Below, piece after piece: positions 28,001 through 38,590 of a stretch of 64,000 nt of DNA. This stretch comes from Raillietiella orientalis (Eukaryota). The stretch spans positions 1,550,001 through 1,614,000 of the forward strand of contig JAYWIR010000010.1 of assembly GCA_036172245.1 (NCBI GenBank). Reading direction: 5' to 3'. Within the stretch, counting starts at the first letter, position 1, and each line of letters begins with the position of its first letter. A program made the translations under genes and the position numbers. The notes under the pieces were generated by a model. It made no database searches. It saw only the letters and a program-made list of their open reading frames with translations, and was not told the DNA's origin.

Positions 28001-31000
28001 TCTTACCCGGCGCCTCTGGCTTCACCTTCCTTCTTTCTTGCAGCTCCTTGCCCCCTTTTCTTCCTACCTGGACTACCACTTGAAAGCCACTCCTGATCTT
28101 CTTCCTCTTGGAACGCTCCGGGTTCTGCTTCTCCCTATTCCGGACGAATTCGTCCTTAGACCTCGGAAAAAATTTGACCAGGTTAACTCCTGTCTCTGCT
28201 GCATGGACGACGAGTAGATGCGGGACTAGGAGGTGATAGACACGCATCCCCTGCTGCCTCCTATCCGAGGTCACTCCGAAACCGAGTCTTGAGGTCCTCT
28301 GATGTCCACGAGCTCTTCACGTTGCAGGCCGTCGGAAGATCGCGGAAACCTTCCGTGAGCATCCCGATTCATAAGGGGACGTAGATGCATTTCCTCATGA
28401 CTGGCGAGTGCAGATTTCACGAAAGCGGCTGCTCCTGATTGTTTGTCAGCAGTTGTCGTCCCGCGCTTCGAAGAGACGATGTAGATCATGCCTTCCTCAT
28501 TCCTCCCCTTTACTAGACGCGTCCAGGACGCCGAGAGCACCCTGATTCTATGCCCTTTTCGGAGTCTTATTCAGAGAACGCTTTGATCGACGTCCTCTTC
28601 TTCATCCGCTAAGGTTTTGCCCATGAAATCAGGAATCCTCTTTGATCAGGTGGTTCCATCCGAAAACCCTGCTGGGCGCGCGTCTCCACTGTTCTCTGGA
28701 AGGCAGGAGCAACAGCCCCTGCTTCCTTGCTGCTCGGGCATCCTCCTTCGAGTTCCTTCAAGTCGGTGTGTCCTGAAAGGGTTGAGTCTTGTCTTGGTCT
28801 CATGACGTCACTCTGGCATGGGAAAAGATGCTTATCTTTCTTGATGCTTTCCCCTCCTCCCTGCAAAACCGATCTCCTTCCCCTTCCATCTGGGATGCTC
28901 AGTCAGCTGCGATAAACAAATCCTGTCTTCACGAATGACAAACCTCCGTTCAGAACTCCTTTAGAAAGGCTTCCTTCGGCAGCTTCTTCGAGAAAAAGTC
29001 CCTCAGTCGTTTCTGAGGAGAAAGTCAACGAAAGTAACGTCCGTTTGCGACACACAGTGGACACGGGAATGAATGATCATGATAAAGAACGTTTACCGGT
29101 GATCCTCCTTCGTTTCAGATCGAGCACAAAGGGATGAGTGGCCACATCCGCTTCAACAGCCAAGGGTTCAGGACCACTTTCGACCTGGACATCGTGGAAC
29201 TGACCAAAGACGGGCTCACCAAAGTAGGGGGCTGGAACACCCTGACTGGGATCAACTTTACGAGGACGTCTCCAAAAGTCTTCCACGAACCACAGGACAC
29301 GCTTTCTAACAAAACACTCATAGTTAGTACCGTCCTGGTGAGTGAGAGGAACCCGCATTTTTCACATCAGAAAAAGCATCTGGGATGGGGAAGCAGAAGG
29401 GTCTCTTTCGTCCCGTGAGATGGTGGGAATTTTCGTTGGGGTTCTCTCCGCGATTCTCCTTCAGTTTCACTCTGTAGCTCAAAAGGATCATTGTCTTCTA
29501 AACAGACTGTTCTCAAAAGCTGAGAGAATGCCTGCAGGAATATTTCCATAGCCACTTTTCTCGAAGGAGTAGAAGTAGCTCCCCAGAAGCTACTTCTCCT
29601 CTTCAGGGAAAAAGACATCTCTTTGGACAGCTCCCCGAGAGCTTACAGTGGCCCAGTCTGAATCAGGTGGCAGAAGGCAAGGGTGGCTGGGTACCTTGGC
29701 AGCCTTCCGAATGAGAGCACGCCGAAGTGTTGGAAATCCTCATTCCATAGAAGGGCTTTTGAGCCTATGGCTACTGGACTCCAGCCAGAAGATATGCCAC
29801 CACCTAGTCCTTGAGACAAAAGTTCCTGTTGACTCGAAAGTCCGGATTTTCTCCCTGAAACTCGGGCAATAAAAAGCTCAGTTTCCCGAGTAACGCGTTT
29901 CTGGAGCGACTGAAAGGGCCGAAGCTACTGTGAGAAGATCAAGGTGGCATCTTGTGACGATGCTTTCAAACAAGAGAAAGACAATAACTTTGTTAATATT
30001 GGAGTCATGGGTTTCCTTTTGGGTACATTCCAACTCTATGTGTTCACGTCTTATTTCGTGTGAGCAAGTGAACATGAGTGTATTAAGCGCGAGGAAGAAC
30101 CTTTGAAAGCATTTCATCGCCGGAGTTCTTGTTGAAATCGCAAGTTCCCACTAGGAGTCAAGGCATCTCCATTTTCGCGGGCGGATTGTCGAGAAAAAGT
30201 GGGGACTGCTTTCGCCAACAGGAAATTTCGTGCTCTCCTGGATCTCACGACTTCAACTTGCTCGGCCCAAGTTTTTCCGAAGTTCCATTCTTTTTCTCGA
30301 CCAGCGGTAATCACGCCGCTTGAACCTTCCAAACAAGGAAGTTTAAAGTTTTATCAAGCGAGTGTTCCCATATCTGTGTCGAAGGAAAAATACTGCCACA
30401 TCATTTTCTGGAAATGGAGCGTCAGCTGCGCGGCAATTCCCGTTGTCAATGTGAGCAAAACAAAGCCGAATTATCAACTGTTTACGAAATCTAGGGATAC
30501 ACCCTTCCTTTCTATTCCGGACGGATCTTCGCAAATCAGGGACCTCCCAGTAATCATTCTTGAAATCAGTAACCGAGCTTTCTAGCATCCGTCCCCTTGT
30601 TGGAGGCTTTCCTTGGCATTTCCTTCGACTTTTAGATTTCATGGTTTCCGTTTTGGTTTGCCTCTGTTTTCCTCAGCTCGTTGCGCTCTCGGCTGTCACG
30701 AGTCAGATCACATTGCTATTCATCGCTTTTTCCTCGATACTCTCCTTTGCTGTACATCAGAGCACCTCAACGAGTGCTCAGTGTTACCACTGCTAGACTG
30801 CATTGTTTGTTGTTACCGGTTTCCACTGTTTGACTGCATTGTTTTCTAGTAATTGTTTGCTGAGCTATCGTCAGAGTTCACTATTTGACTGCATTGTTGT
30901 CCAGAAATTGTTTACTACCTTTGGAGCTTATTGTTTGATCGCATTGTTTTCCGACAACTGTTTGTTGAGCTGTCACCGAAGTTCATTGTTTGATCGCATT

Positions 31001-34000
31001 GTTTTCCGACAACTGTTTGTTGAGCTGTCACCGAAGTGCATTGTTTGACTGCATTGTTGCTTGGTAAATGTTCACTGATCACCCTGACTTACGTTTCCGT
31101 AATCCTTTCCGAAAGTCGCCATCGGCTCTTCCTTTCAATCCGGCTTCATGTCACAGGAAAATCCTTTCCGAAAGTCGCCATCGGCTCTTCCTTTCAATCC
31201 GGCTTCATGTCACAGGAAAAGGCAGTTCTCCCATGTTCCTCATCTGTCAGTGGCCCGCAACCCGTGACACTGCCGACCCCTCAGAGCCACCATCCATTCC
31301 AGAACGACCCTTACATAATGTACAAGGACTCCACGGAGAAGCTGACCGGCAACAATCGCTTTGAGGGGTTCTGCGTGGACTTGCTGAATGAGATCTCCAA
31401 GCTCCTGGGGTTCAACTATACCCTTAAGCTGGCCGTGGACGGAAACCGCGGAAACAAGAACGTGAAGACCAACAAATGGAACGGGATGATCGGCGAACTT
31501 CTGGAAGGGGTCTGAACGCTTTTTTTTTCCTTTCCTTTTACTCCGCATGCCTTTCCTGTTCCCTGCCTCCTGCTCAGCTACAGTAGTGCAGCTTCCGGAA
31601 TTTCCAGGAAGCCGATCTGGCGGTTGCGGACCTCACCATCTCTTACGACCGGGAGCAAGACGTGGATTTCACGATGCCCTTCATGAACACCGGTGGGTGT
31701 TCCCTCGGCAAGGGCGCTTACGCCGCTCCTCTCCTCAGGGATCTCCATCCTCTACAAAAAGGCAACAAAGCAGGCTCCCAGTCTCTTCTCGTTCCTGTCG
31801 CCCCTGTCCGTAGACGTGTGGATCTACATGGCTGCAGCGTACTTCGGGGTTTCTTTGCTGCTCTTCATGCTGGCCAGGTGCAAGGAACGAGGAGGGTCGG
31901 TTCTCGTGCTCTCTTTCCCGTCTCCCGAACGGACTCCGAGTTCTCCCTTACTTTTTCGTATCCCGTAACCAAATTTTCGTGTGTTTGCGTGGCTGGGTGG
32001 GTCCTCCATGCCACCCACTGTCGCGCTTCCTCGCAAACCATCCCAGCCGGGCGTTGCAGTGGAAACCGGCCTCGCTGATCCGTTTCCTCCCAGCATTCTC
32101 TGCACTACGAGAAGCGCAGCAAACTGGGGAAGCCACTCTTTTCAGAAGAGCGGAATCTGAGAAGGAGGGTGGGAGTTAAAGAAGGGCCACTCGATCCAGT
32201 GGTCACCACCCTTCGCCTTAAACAGGCGAGCTTTCCGCTGCTGCCCTGGGGGCCTCTCGCCCCCTTTCGGCTTCCGCAGACGGAGAGGATGCGCGCGCGA
32301 AGGGCGTTGGGTCGCTCACCTGCCGGTCCCCGAGGAACTGTTGGCCGGTGGGGTGAGGAGAGGGATCCCTTCCATATCAAAGGGAAGCAGGGCGGAGCGA
32401 ACCTTCCTTGCCTCGGGGAGTCTGCGCGCCGGATGCGAGAGCTCGGAAGTCAACAGTCTCGAACTCGCGGACTCCGCGCGTCTTGACGAGCGCAGCAGCT
32501 CGGGCAGTTCGGCATCTCTGTACCCTGATGTTCCCCCTCCCCTCTTCTCTGTGCTCATGGAGGAAAGCGGTGAGCCAAGGGAGGCGTCTGGGCTTCCTCC
32601 TCTCTTCCTCAGGGAAAGAGGGGGAGGGGAGGCAAAGTCTGCCCTTCCCGTATCAGAGCACCCCTGATGGAATCCCTGCGCTTGTTTCCAGAATCTCCCC
32701 GTACGAATGGGTCAACCCTCACCCTTGCGACATGGACCCGGATCACCTGGAGAACGAGCTGGACATGTCAAACGCCTTCTGGCACAACATCGGCTCTCTC
32801 ATGCAGCAAGGGTCGGACATAGCCCCCAAGTAAGAGTGCTTGAGGATAAGCTTACATCGGGGAATTTTTTTCGAGGCAAAAAGGGAAGGGGAGGGAAGGG
32901 AGTCTAGAAAGAGGAAAGGGAGAGGGAGGAAGGTCTAGGGGGTCATCTGTGCAAGTAGCTCACTCGAGAGGGAGGAGGTGGAGGAGTGCTGGAGCGCCAG
33001 GTCTGCTTTTTACCCCGCCCTCCCTCGTCAGGTGCCTCTCCCATGACCCGCCTCCCGCTCGGAGGACTTGACCTCGAACCACCAGGATGTACTCGCCTCC
33101 AGCGGTCTCCTGAGTTTTCCGCTCCGCGCGACCTACTCCTGAAAAGTATGACGTTCCAATCACTTCAGTCTGAACGAGGGCTGGCGCGGACAACCCTGAA
33201 ACGTCACAGACGGGATCTGTGATCCCATTCGAGAGCGCACACATCCCCACGAAGGAGGAAGAGGAGAATAGGAGGAACTTTGGCTTCCTTCTTGGGTGTG
33301 GTACGTCTTTCCTTCAAAGGGCTCACCGGAACGAGGGAGGCGGACTACACGCCGAAAAGCAAACACCCTGAAAAGGGGTTCCTGCACTTCGATGGGGGTC
33401 TCTACCTCACTTCCTTTACCCTGCCCCTCGGGATGGGCTTGTCAGCCTGCGGCGATCAGGATGACGAGTGCATCAAGGAGGTAGACCTTCCTCCTGACCC
33501 CAGCGCATCGCGTGCCGTTTCTCTCGGGGCTCCCGCTTCTCCCAGAATCGCCAGCTGCTGAACCCTTTCTCTTCCATGCCAAAGTCTCCTGCACCCTGCA
33601 CAGAACCCTGATGAGCCTTCCTCTGGAGGCCGCAGGGCAAAGCAACGCGATGTTTCTCTCGCGTGGCCCTTTGCAACTCCGTCTTCGAGAGTCAAAGAAG
33701 CTTCTCCGTTCAGCCTCTCCACTTGTCCTTTGGATGCACCACGAAAACCGAGCCTGCGTCCCTGGAGGGGTATTCTCCTCACTCTGCTCGTGACCTTTCT
33801 TGCCTGCCTTCCGGATAAAGTCCGAGTTGCCGTTCCAACTGTCCCTCGTCCCGCAGACTTCTCCCCCATCTCCTTACGAGAGCTCCATCCGACCTGCACC
33901 AACAACTCCGACTGTTGAAAGTCTTCCTGCACCGGTCCTGAGACTACCTCCTCTTAGCCTTCCGCTTTGCTTGGTCCCTGTGGACCTTGGAATTCGGCGC

Positions 34001-35982
34001 TAGCCGTGGAGACTTCGAGCACCCTGGTTTCAAACCTGCAATGTCCTCTTCCTTTCCTAACACTCCAGGGGGCAGAAGAGTACACCCAGAGACCTTTTCC
34101 CACAGACCTCTCGTAGCCCCAGAGTTGGCACCCCGTCCTCCTCACCATCAGCTTCCTAGAAGAAGTCCTCCCGAGCTCGATGCTTCCAAGCACGTTCATT
34201 GAAGATTCTCCTTGGAGGGAGGGAGGGAGTCGGAAAGATCTGACCCCATGAGGGGGGAACTTGCGCATTTCCATTGACCGCGTTCTGTTCCAAGAACCAT
34301 CTCCACCCGCATGGTTGCCGGATGCTGGTGGTTCTTCACACTGATCATGATTTCTTCTTACACGGCCAACCTGGCTGCCTTCCTCACCGTGGAGCGCATG
34401 GACTCTCCCATCGAGAGCGCGGAAGACCTTGCCAAGCAGACCAAGATTAAATATGGCAACATGGAGTCGGGAACCACGGAGGCGTTCTTTAGGGTGACTT
34501 CCGTTCCTTCTTCTTCATGTTCTTTGGGACCCCGCTTTCGTTTTCAGGACTCCAAACTCCCCATCTATCACAAGATGTGGTCTTTCATGGCCTCGCAGAA
34601 TCCGTCTGTCTTCACGAAAAGTAACCAGGAAGGCGTGCGCAGAGTGCAAGAGTCCAACGGGCTGTACGCGTTCTTCATGGAGTCAACCACCATCGAGTAC
34701 ATCGTGGAGCGCCGCTGCGACCTAACGCAAGTCGGTTCTCCGCTGGACTCAAAGGCTTACGGGATCGCTCTGCCTCCTGGTAGGGGACTGTAGTGGGCGC
34801 CTACTGGAGTAAAACCCATCACTCTACGTGCCTTAGGTTCTCCCTACCGTGCTCTCATCAGCGGAGCCATTCTTCAGCTCCAGGAGAAGAACGTTCTCCA
34901 CATCTTGAAGACCAAATGGTGGAAGCAGAAAAAGGGCGGGGGTCAGTGCAAGGTACCTCGAATATGTCCCTCGGGGAACTTTCTCTTTTTTTCCTCCTTC
35001 CTCCGGAATGAAGCAAGGCTTCCTCCGGTCCAGGGGTGCGATGCGCGGAAGCATTGGGGCATCCTGGAAAGGCCGCAAGTTCTTCGCTAGCGGGATCGTT
35101 ACCTAGACGCCCATCTGGCGCACCGATGACCTACACGGGGAGAATAGGGATACGGGTTCTTCTTTCAGACGCATCCGGTGCTTCCGTAACCGGACCAATA
35201 CGCCTCGGGACGCAACAAAGGCGGGCAACTTGAGGAGATGCTTCTTTTCGCGTATCCCGAGAGTCCCGATCGACAAGAAAATTGCACGTTCCTTCCCTCT
35301 TCTTTCTGATGATACCTACAGGCCGCAGCTCACCGATTCCTCCCTACTCTGCCCACTGCTCTTTCCTTCCTTCCTGGTTCATGACCCTGCGTTGTGCACT
35401 CTCCCCTCCCCTCCTCTCCACCCTCCCGCGTTCCGCTTCGCTTGCGTGCAAGGCGTGGACCTCTCCTTCGAGCGGAGGGAAGGTGTGGCGCTACGCCCCT
35501 TCGCCTTTCCTCTTTAAGGGGGGGTGATGCAAGCCAACTTCAAGCCGAGGAATACCCTTGCCTTTCCCCCCCTTGTTTCTGCAACTCAGGACGAGTCCAG
35601 CATGACCAGCAATGCCGCCAACGAGCTGGGGCTAGCGAATGTGGGAGGTGTCTTCGTGGTGCTGATGGGAGGCATTTTCGTCTCCTTCATCATCGCCTCG
35701 TGCGAGTTCTGTCAGCGGTCAAGGAAGGTCGCCAAGGAGGATGACGTACGTACAGAGCCCTGAGAGAGCAACCTGTGCCCTTCGCTTCTACTCCAGGTCT
35801 CCTTCTTCTACGAGATGACCAAAGAGATGTGCTACGCCCTTCGCTGCCAAGGGTCCACCAAGCCGGTGCGCAAGAAGCCAGCGGGGTCGTCGTCCGTCGT
35901 GAACATCGTGTCGATCCAAAACGAGGATAGCTCGGAGGACGGGAAATACGTGGTCTATCCCAGGAGGGAATACGGGACATGA
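3958..35982 (+). CDS. Grik: Kainate-type ionotropic glutamate receptor subunit, 904 aa; join(3958-4033,12591-12746,13195-13379,18887-19044,23340-23481,26189-26356,26593-26745,29119-29337,31303-31509,31608-31692,31739-31877,32692-32829,34295-34493,34548-34779,34837-34952,35590-35745,35797-35982)
   Basis: All 16 introns are GT-AG with matching phases; exons sum to 2715 nt. The product has a signal peptide, ATD start [12 protein letters not shown]1 ([25 protein letters not shown]), M1, pore loop [14 protein letters not shown]3 [12 protein letters not shown]2 ([18 protein letters not shown]), M4 and tail [10 protein letters not shown]. Exact paralogue not assignable without a phylogeny. Confidence 0.95.
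4600..5950 (-). mobile_element. Decayed LINE-like reverse transcriptase relic
   Basis: Ordered, frameshifted fragments resembling non-LTR RT motifs: [15 protein letters not shown] (cf. NYRPISLLP..KIL), [14 protein letters not shown] (cf. KAFDTVDH.ILL.K), [10 protein letters not shown] (cf. RP.LEYG.VVW). Visual match only. Confidence 0.4.
7595..7980. repeat. Degenerate about 39-bp tandem repeat in iGluR intron 1
   Basis: Recurring units like ctccggagagaaccccgaagggacgctc; minus-strand translation shows 13-aa periodicity ([35 protein letters not shown]). Confidence 0.6.
12591..12746 (+). CDS. iGluR exon 2 (ATD)
   Basis: ttacttttag|..[30 protein letters not shown]|gtaagc. Confidence 0.92.
13195..13379 (+). 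CDS. iGluR exon 3 (ATD)
   Basis: ttccttcag|[42 protein letters not shown]|gtagct. Confidence 0.93.
18887..19044 (+). CDS. iGluR exon 4 (ATD)
   Basis: cttcttgcag|[32 protein letters not shown]|gtaccc. Confidence 0.93.
23340..23481 (+). CDS. iGluR exon 5 (ATD)
   Basis: ttttccag|..[34 protein letters not shown]|gtgagc. Confidence 0.93.
26189..26356 (+). CDS. iGluR exon 6 (ATD)
   Basis: cccggaag|[30 protein letters not shown]|gtgtgc. Confidence 0.9.
26593..26745 (+). CDS. iGluR exon 7 (ATD)
   Basis: ctccgtag|[34 protein letters not shown]|gttagt. Confidence 0.93.
29119..29337 (+). CDS. iGluR exon 8 (ATD end and linker)
   Basis: gtttcag|[40 protein letters not shown]|gtgagt. Confidence 0.93.
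30788..31060. repeat. About 55-bp minisatellite (core TGTTTGAYYGCATTGTT)
   Basis: Two near-identical units at 30930-30984 and 30985-31039, flanked by degenerate units. Confidence 0.85.
31101..31218. repeat. Perfect 59-bp tandem duplication
   Basis: aatcctttccgaaagtcgcc...gtcacaggaa at 31101-31159 and 31160-31218. Confidence 0.93.
31303..31509 (+). CDS. iGluR exon 9 (S1)
   Basis: cattccag|[32 protein letters not shown]|gtctga. Confidence 0.93.
31608..31692 (+). CDS. iGluR exon 10 (S1)
   Basis: tttccag|[29 protein letters not shown]|gtgggt. Confidence 0.93.
31739..31877 (+). CDS. iGluR exon 11 (pre-M1 and M1)
   Basis: ctcctcag|[33 protein letters not shown]|gtgcaa. Confidence 0.93.
32692..32829 (+). 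CDS. iGluR exon 12 (M2 pore loop, Q/R site)
   Basis: gtttccag|[30 protein letters not shown]|gtaaga. Confidence 0.94.
33147..33370 (+). repeat. 224-bp dispersed repeat, copy 1 (iGluR intron 12)
   Basis: Ungapped match to 36544-36767; 10 mismatches by manual count. Confidence 0.92.
33700..34200 (+). mobile_element. Decayed LINE-like RT fragment in iGluR intron 12
   Basis: PADFSPISL (cf. P.DYRPISL) followed by [10 protein letters not shown] (cf. Q.GFRP..ST). Visual match only. Confidence 0.3.
34295..34493 (+). CDS. iGluR exon 13 (M3 and S2 start)
   Basis: ttccaag|[38 protein letters not shown]|gtgact. Confidence 0.94.
34548..34779 (+). CDS. iGluR exon 14 (S2)
   Basis: ttttcag|[32 protein letters not shown]|gtaggg. 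Confidence 0.94.
34837..34952 (+). CDS. iGluR exon 15 (S2 end)
   Basis: ccttag|[39 protein letters not shown]|gtacct. Confidence 0.93.
35590..35745 (+). CDS. iGluR exon 16 (M4)
   Basis: actcag|[32 protein letters not shown]|gtacgt. Confidence 0.93.
35797..35982 (+). CDS. iGluR exon 17 (cytoplasmic tail, stop)
   Basis: ctactccag|[32 protein letters not shown]; not in the ORF track. Confidence 0.88.
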   Translation, partial: VSFFYEMTKEMCYALRCQGSTKPVRKKPAGSSSVVNIVSIQNEDSSEDGKYVVYPRREYGT

Positions 35983-36350
35983 TACACTGGGAGAAGAGGA
36001 GGAAGAGAGGGAGTGGAAGGGTGGAGATCGCCTAGCGATGCCTTCAGATTTACAAGAGGGTGCCCTTCACCCTACTTTCCCGCTCTTCTGATCCACTTAC
36101 TGAGCCGTTGCCACCGAAATCACCCGCCGCCTTCTGGTGAGCAGCGGAGGAGGCTAGGAGGTGGCGGTCCCCGATCAACGGACTGCTGGATTCATCCGAA
36201 GGCATTGCGGGTTCTGTGCCTTAAAACGAGCGCGCCTCAGCGTCCAGGTGCGCTTCAGGGTTGCTCTCGGTTACCTGCAGAGGAACGCCCGTGGCGGCTG
36301 CAGGGGAGACTGGGGCTTCGCACGAGGCTTGTGGAGACCTGTCCTTCCAG

Positions 36351-36356
36351 AATAAA
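36351..36356 (+). terminator. Candidate poly(A) signal of the iGluR gene
   Basis: First AATAAA about 370 nt after the stop codon, in otherwise GC-rich DNA. Confidence 0.4.
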
Positions 36357-36543
36357 AAGAGGAATCGGGCCGTATGTTTCCTCCTGCGGTGGAAGTCTCC
36401 CACTATCCTTTCCTATCCCTCTTCCCTGGAGCGAGCTAAGTGCCATCTCCCGGTGCAACCACACATCGTCCTCCTGCTTCGCAGTTCTGGCCCTTCGGAT
36501 GAAACGAGGAGTGTCTGAAGAATGCCCTGCTGCGAGCACCAGC

Positions 36544-36767
36544 TATGACGTTCCAATCACTTCAGTCTGAACGATGGCTGGCGCGGACAACCCTGGAACG
36601 TCACAGATGGGATCTGTGTTCCTATTCGAGAGCGCACACATCCCCACGAAGGAAGAAGAGGAGAATAGAAGGAACTTTTGCTTCCTTCTTGGGTGTGGTA
36701 CGTTTTTCCTTCAAAGGGCTCACCGGAACGAGGGAGGCGGACTACACGCCGAAAAGCAAACATCCTG
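36544..36767 (+). repeat. 224-bp dispersed repeat, copy 2 (downstream of iGluR)
   Basis: Direct-orientation copy of 33147-33370. Confidence 0.92.
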
Positions 36768-37169
36768 TCTTGCGGAGGCGGAATCAGCCAAATCAGACTT
36801 TCAGACTTCCTTTTTTCGTCCCCTCTCCCTTTTCCTTCCCCTGCAGCAGGAATCCAAGTTGGCAGCGCAGCTGGCTGTGTTCTGCGGCGCGCAAGAGCCA
36901 GACAGCTCCTGGTTCTGGACTCAGCACCACCCTTCAGGAGAGCTTTCACCAGGAGCATCATCAACAACCCATGTGGACAGCAACGCGTTTCCAGAAGCCT
37001 CCACAGGATACTCTCGTCATTCACCACTTTTCTTTTTCTCTTCCTTTTTCGTGCTCTTGTTCTATTGCGTGCCGGTGAGGCGAAATTCTAGAGTTGCTGT
37101 CGATACACCGATGTTGGCGGGAGAGAAATACCTTCTTCCGGATGCTCCGGCAGAACCCGGAGGCAGCTT

Positions 37170-38590
37170 TTTCCAGGAATATCCCTATTTTTCATGTCAT
37201 CTGTTTTCCTTTTCTATCCTTAAGCATCTGTTTCTTCAAATGTTTCTGGTTGGCTCGTTACTTAGACTACCATCTCTGGTTCCCTCTCATTTCGGTAAAC
37301 GGTTCTGTGTCAGAAGATCAGGTCCGAAAATAGCGGCGCAACACTCGTGCAGCCTTTCCAGAAGGAAAGGTCTTCCTTCTTCCGGCTCGAATCACACCAG
37401 CGGTAGCTTAGCAAAGGAAGAGCCAAGAAATCATCCGGGAAAACGAGGCTGCCAGTTCCTCCAAGCGCTTCAAGGTCAGCGGACGCTAGCCAAACTGGAA
37501 GCTCCTTCGTGCAACGGCCGAAGGAGTTCTGCCGGCTGCTCTTCCACGTCCGGGGGCTATCCTGCCCCATGCCGAACGAGTAGACCTTCTGCTCCCTGCT
37601 ACGACTTTCCTCTTCCTCTCTCCAGAGCTGAAAACGACCTCATTTGAACCCGGTGATGCCGGGCGAAAAGCAACTGCTTGCTACCGCCACCGCTGCTACT
37701 GTTGACGTGAGGTCGTCTTGCGATCGTGTCGGGATCCCGTCTTCGTGCTTTCAATTCCAGCCGCGCTCTCCTGCTGCGCGGCTGGAATTGAAACACCGTC
37801 TGAGACGCGGCTGGTTGCTCGAACTCCCGCCGAACCTCAGTGCTGCTTCGATAACGAGCGAGAAAGCCAAGGAAGACACGCGCGAAGAGAGGCTTGTCTC
37901 GGACCGTGGAGGACCGTGTAAAATGAAGGGCAGCCGACCGTGCTCTCCGGCTAGCAACAGGCAAGGTCAGGAACCAAGAAGAGCCGGTGTGCTACCACGG
38001 AAGGGGAGCGTTCATGTTTGCAGGCGGACATGCATGACCGCCGCAGCGCGAAGGGGATGGCTCGCCGCTGCCGACACTTTCCCGGTCGAAGGAAGGGGAG
38101 GAGAACATGCAATGGGCACATAAAACGTAGTCAAGCATTCGGCTCTCGCGCTTCCACCACACTTTTCTTCCGAGCAGGTCACTCGGCTATTTATAGCTTC
38201 ATTTCCGTACTCGTGTTGCTTTGATTCCAGATACCAAGGCAAGCGATTCGTGACAAGATTCTTTGAGTCCCCTCTTTTTTTTTTTCTTCTTTCTGTTTGC
38301 GCACGTGACAAAACGCCTGAGCGTTCCACCATTCGACCATTCCACGGAAAGAAGATAGTCTACGCGTGGCTATTTCGGTGAGATCGAAATAGCCACGTGT
38401 AGACACTCTGATCACTCTTTAACAAATGGTAACAACGAATACCTAGGAAGAATCTCCTTTTCTTCATGCCATTCGTTCTCGTTTTCCAGCCCTAAGCAGC
38501 TATTTCCTCAAATGTTTCTGGCTCGTCGCATACACTCCTGGTTGCCTTTTGGTGCTGTGAACGGTGCTGTGGCAAAAGATCAGGCTGAGC
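37170..38590 (+). repeat. Diverged repeat pair (about 37170-37330 and 38440-38590), possibly LINE RT fragments
   Basis: Shared blocks taagca.ct.ttt..tcaaatgtttctgg and aacggt.ctgtg.ca.aagatcagg. Translation NIPIFHVICFPFLSLSICFFKC..LVQPFQK loosely resembles a LINE RT N-terminal region. Confidence 0.45.

Noticed and set aside
30788..31218. CRISPR-like appearance of repeated units
   Set aside because: Units are contiguous with no unique spacers, there are no cas genes, and the context is a eukaryotic intron
32830..34294. Editing complementary sequence for the Q/R site
   Set aside because: No extended reverse complement of the exon 12 3' end found by eye; only matches of about 7 nt
36574..37647. 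357-aa ORF downstream of the iGluR
   Set aside because: Starts inside the 224-bp repeat and runs through probable LINE debris; no coherent domain
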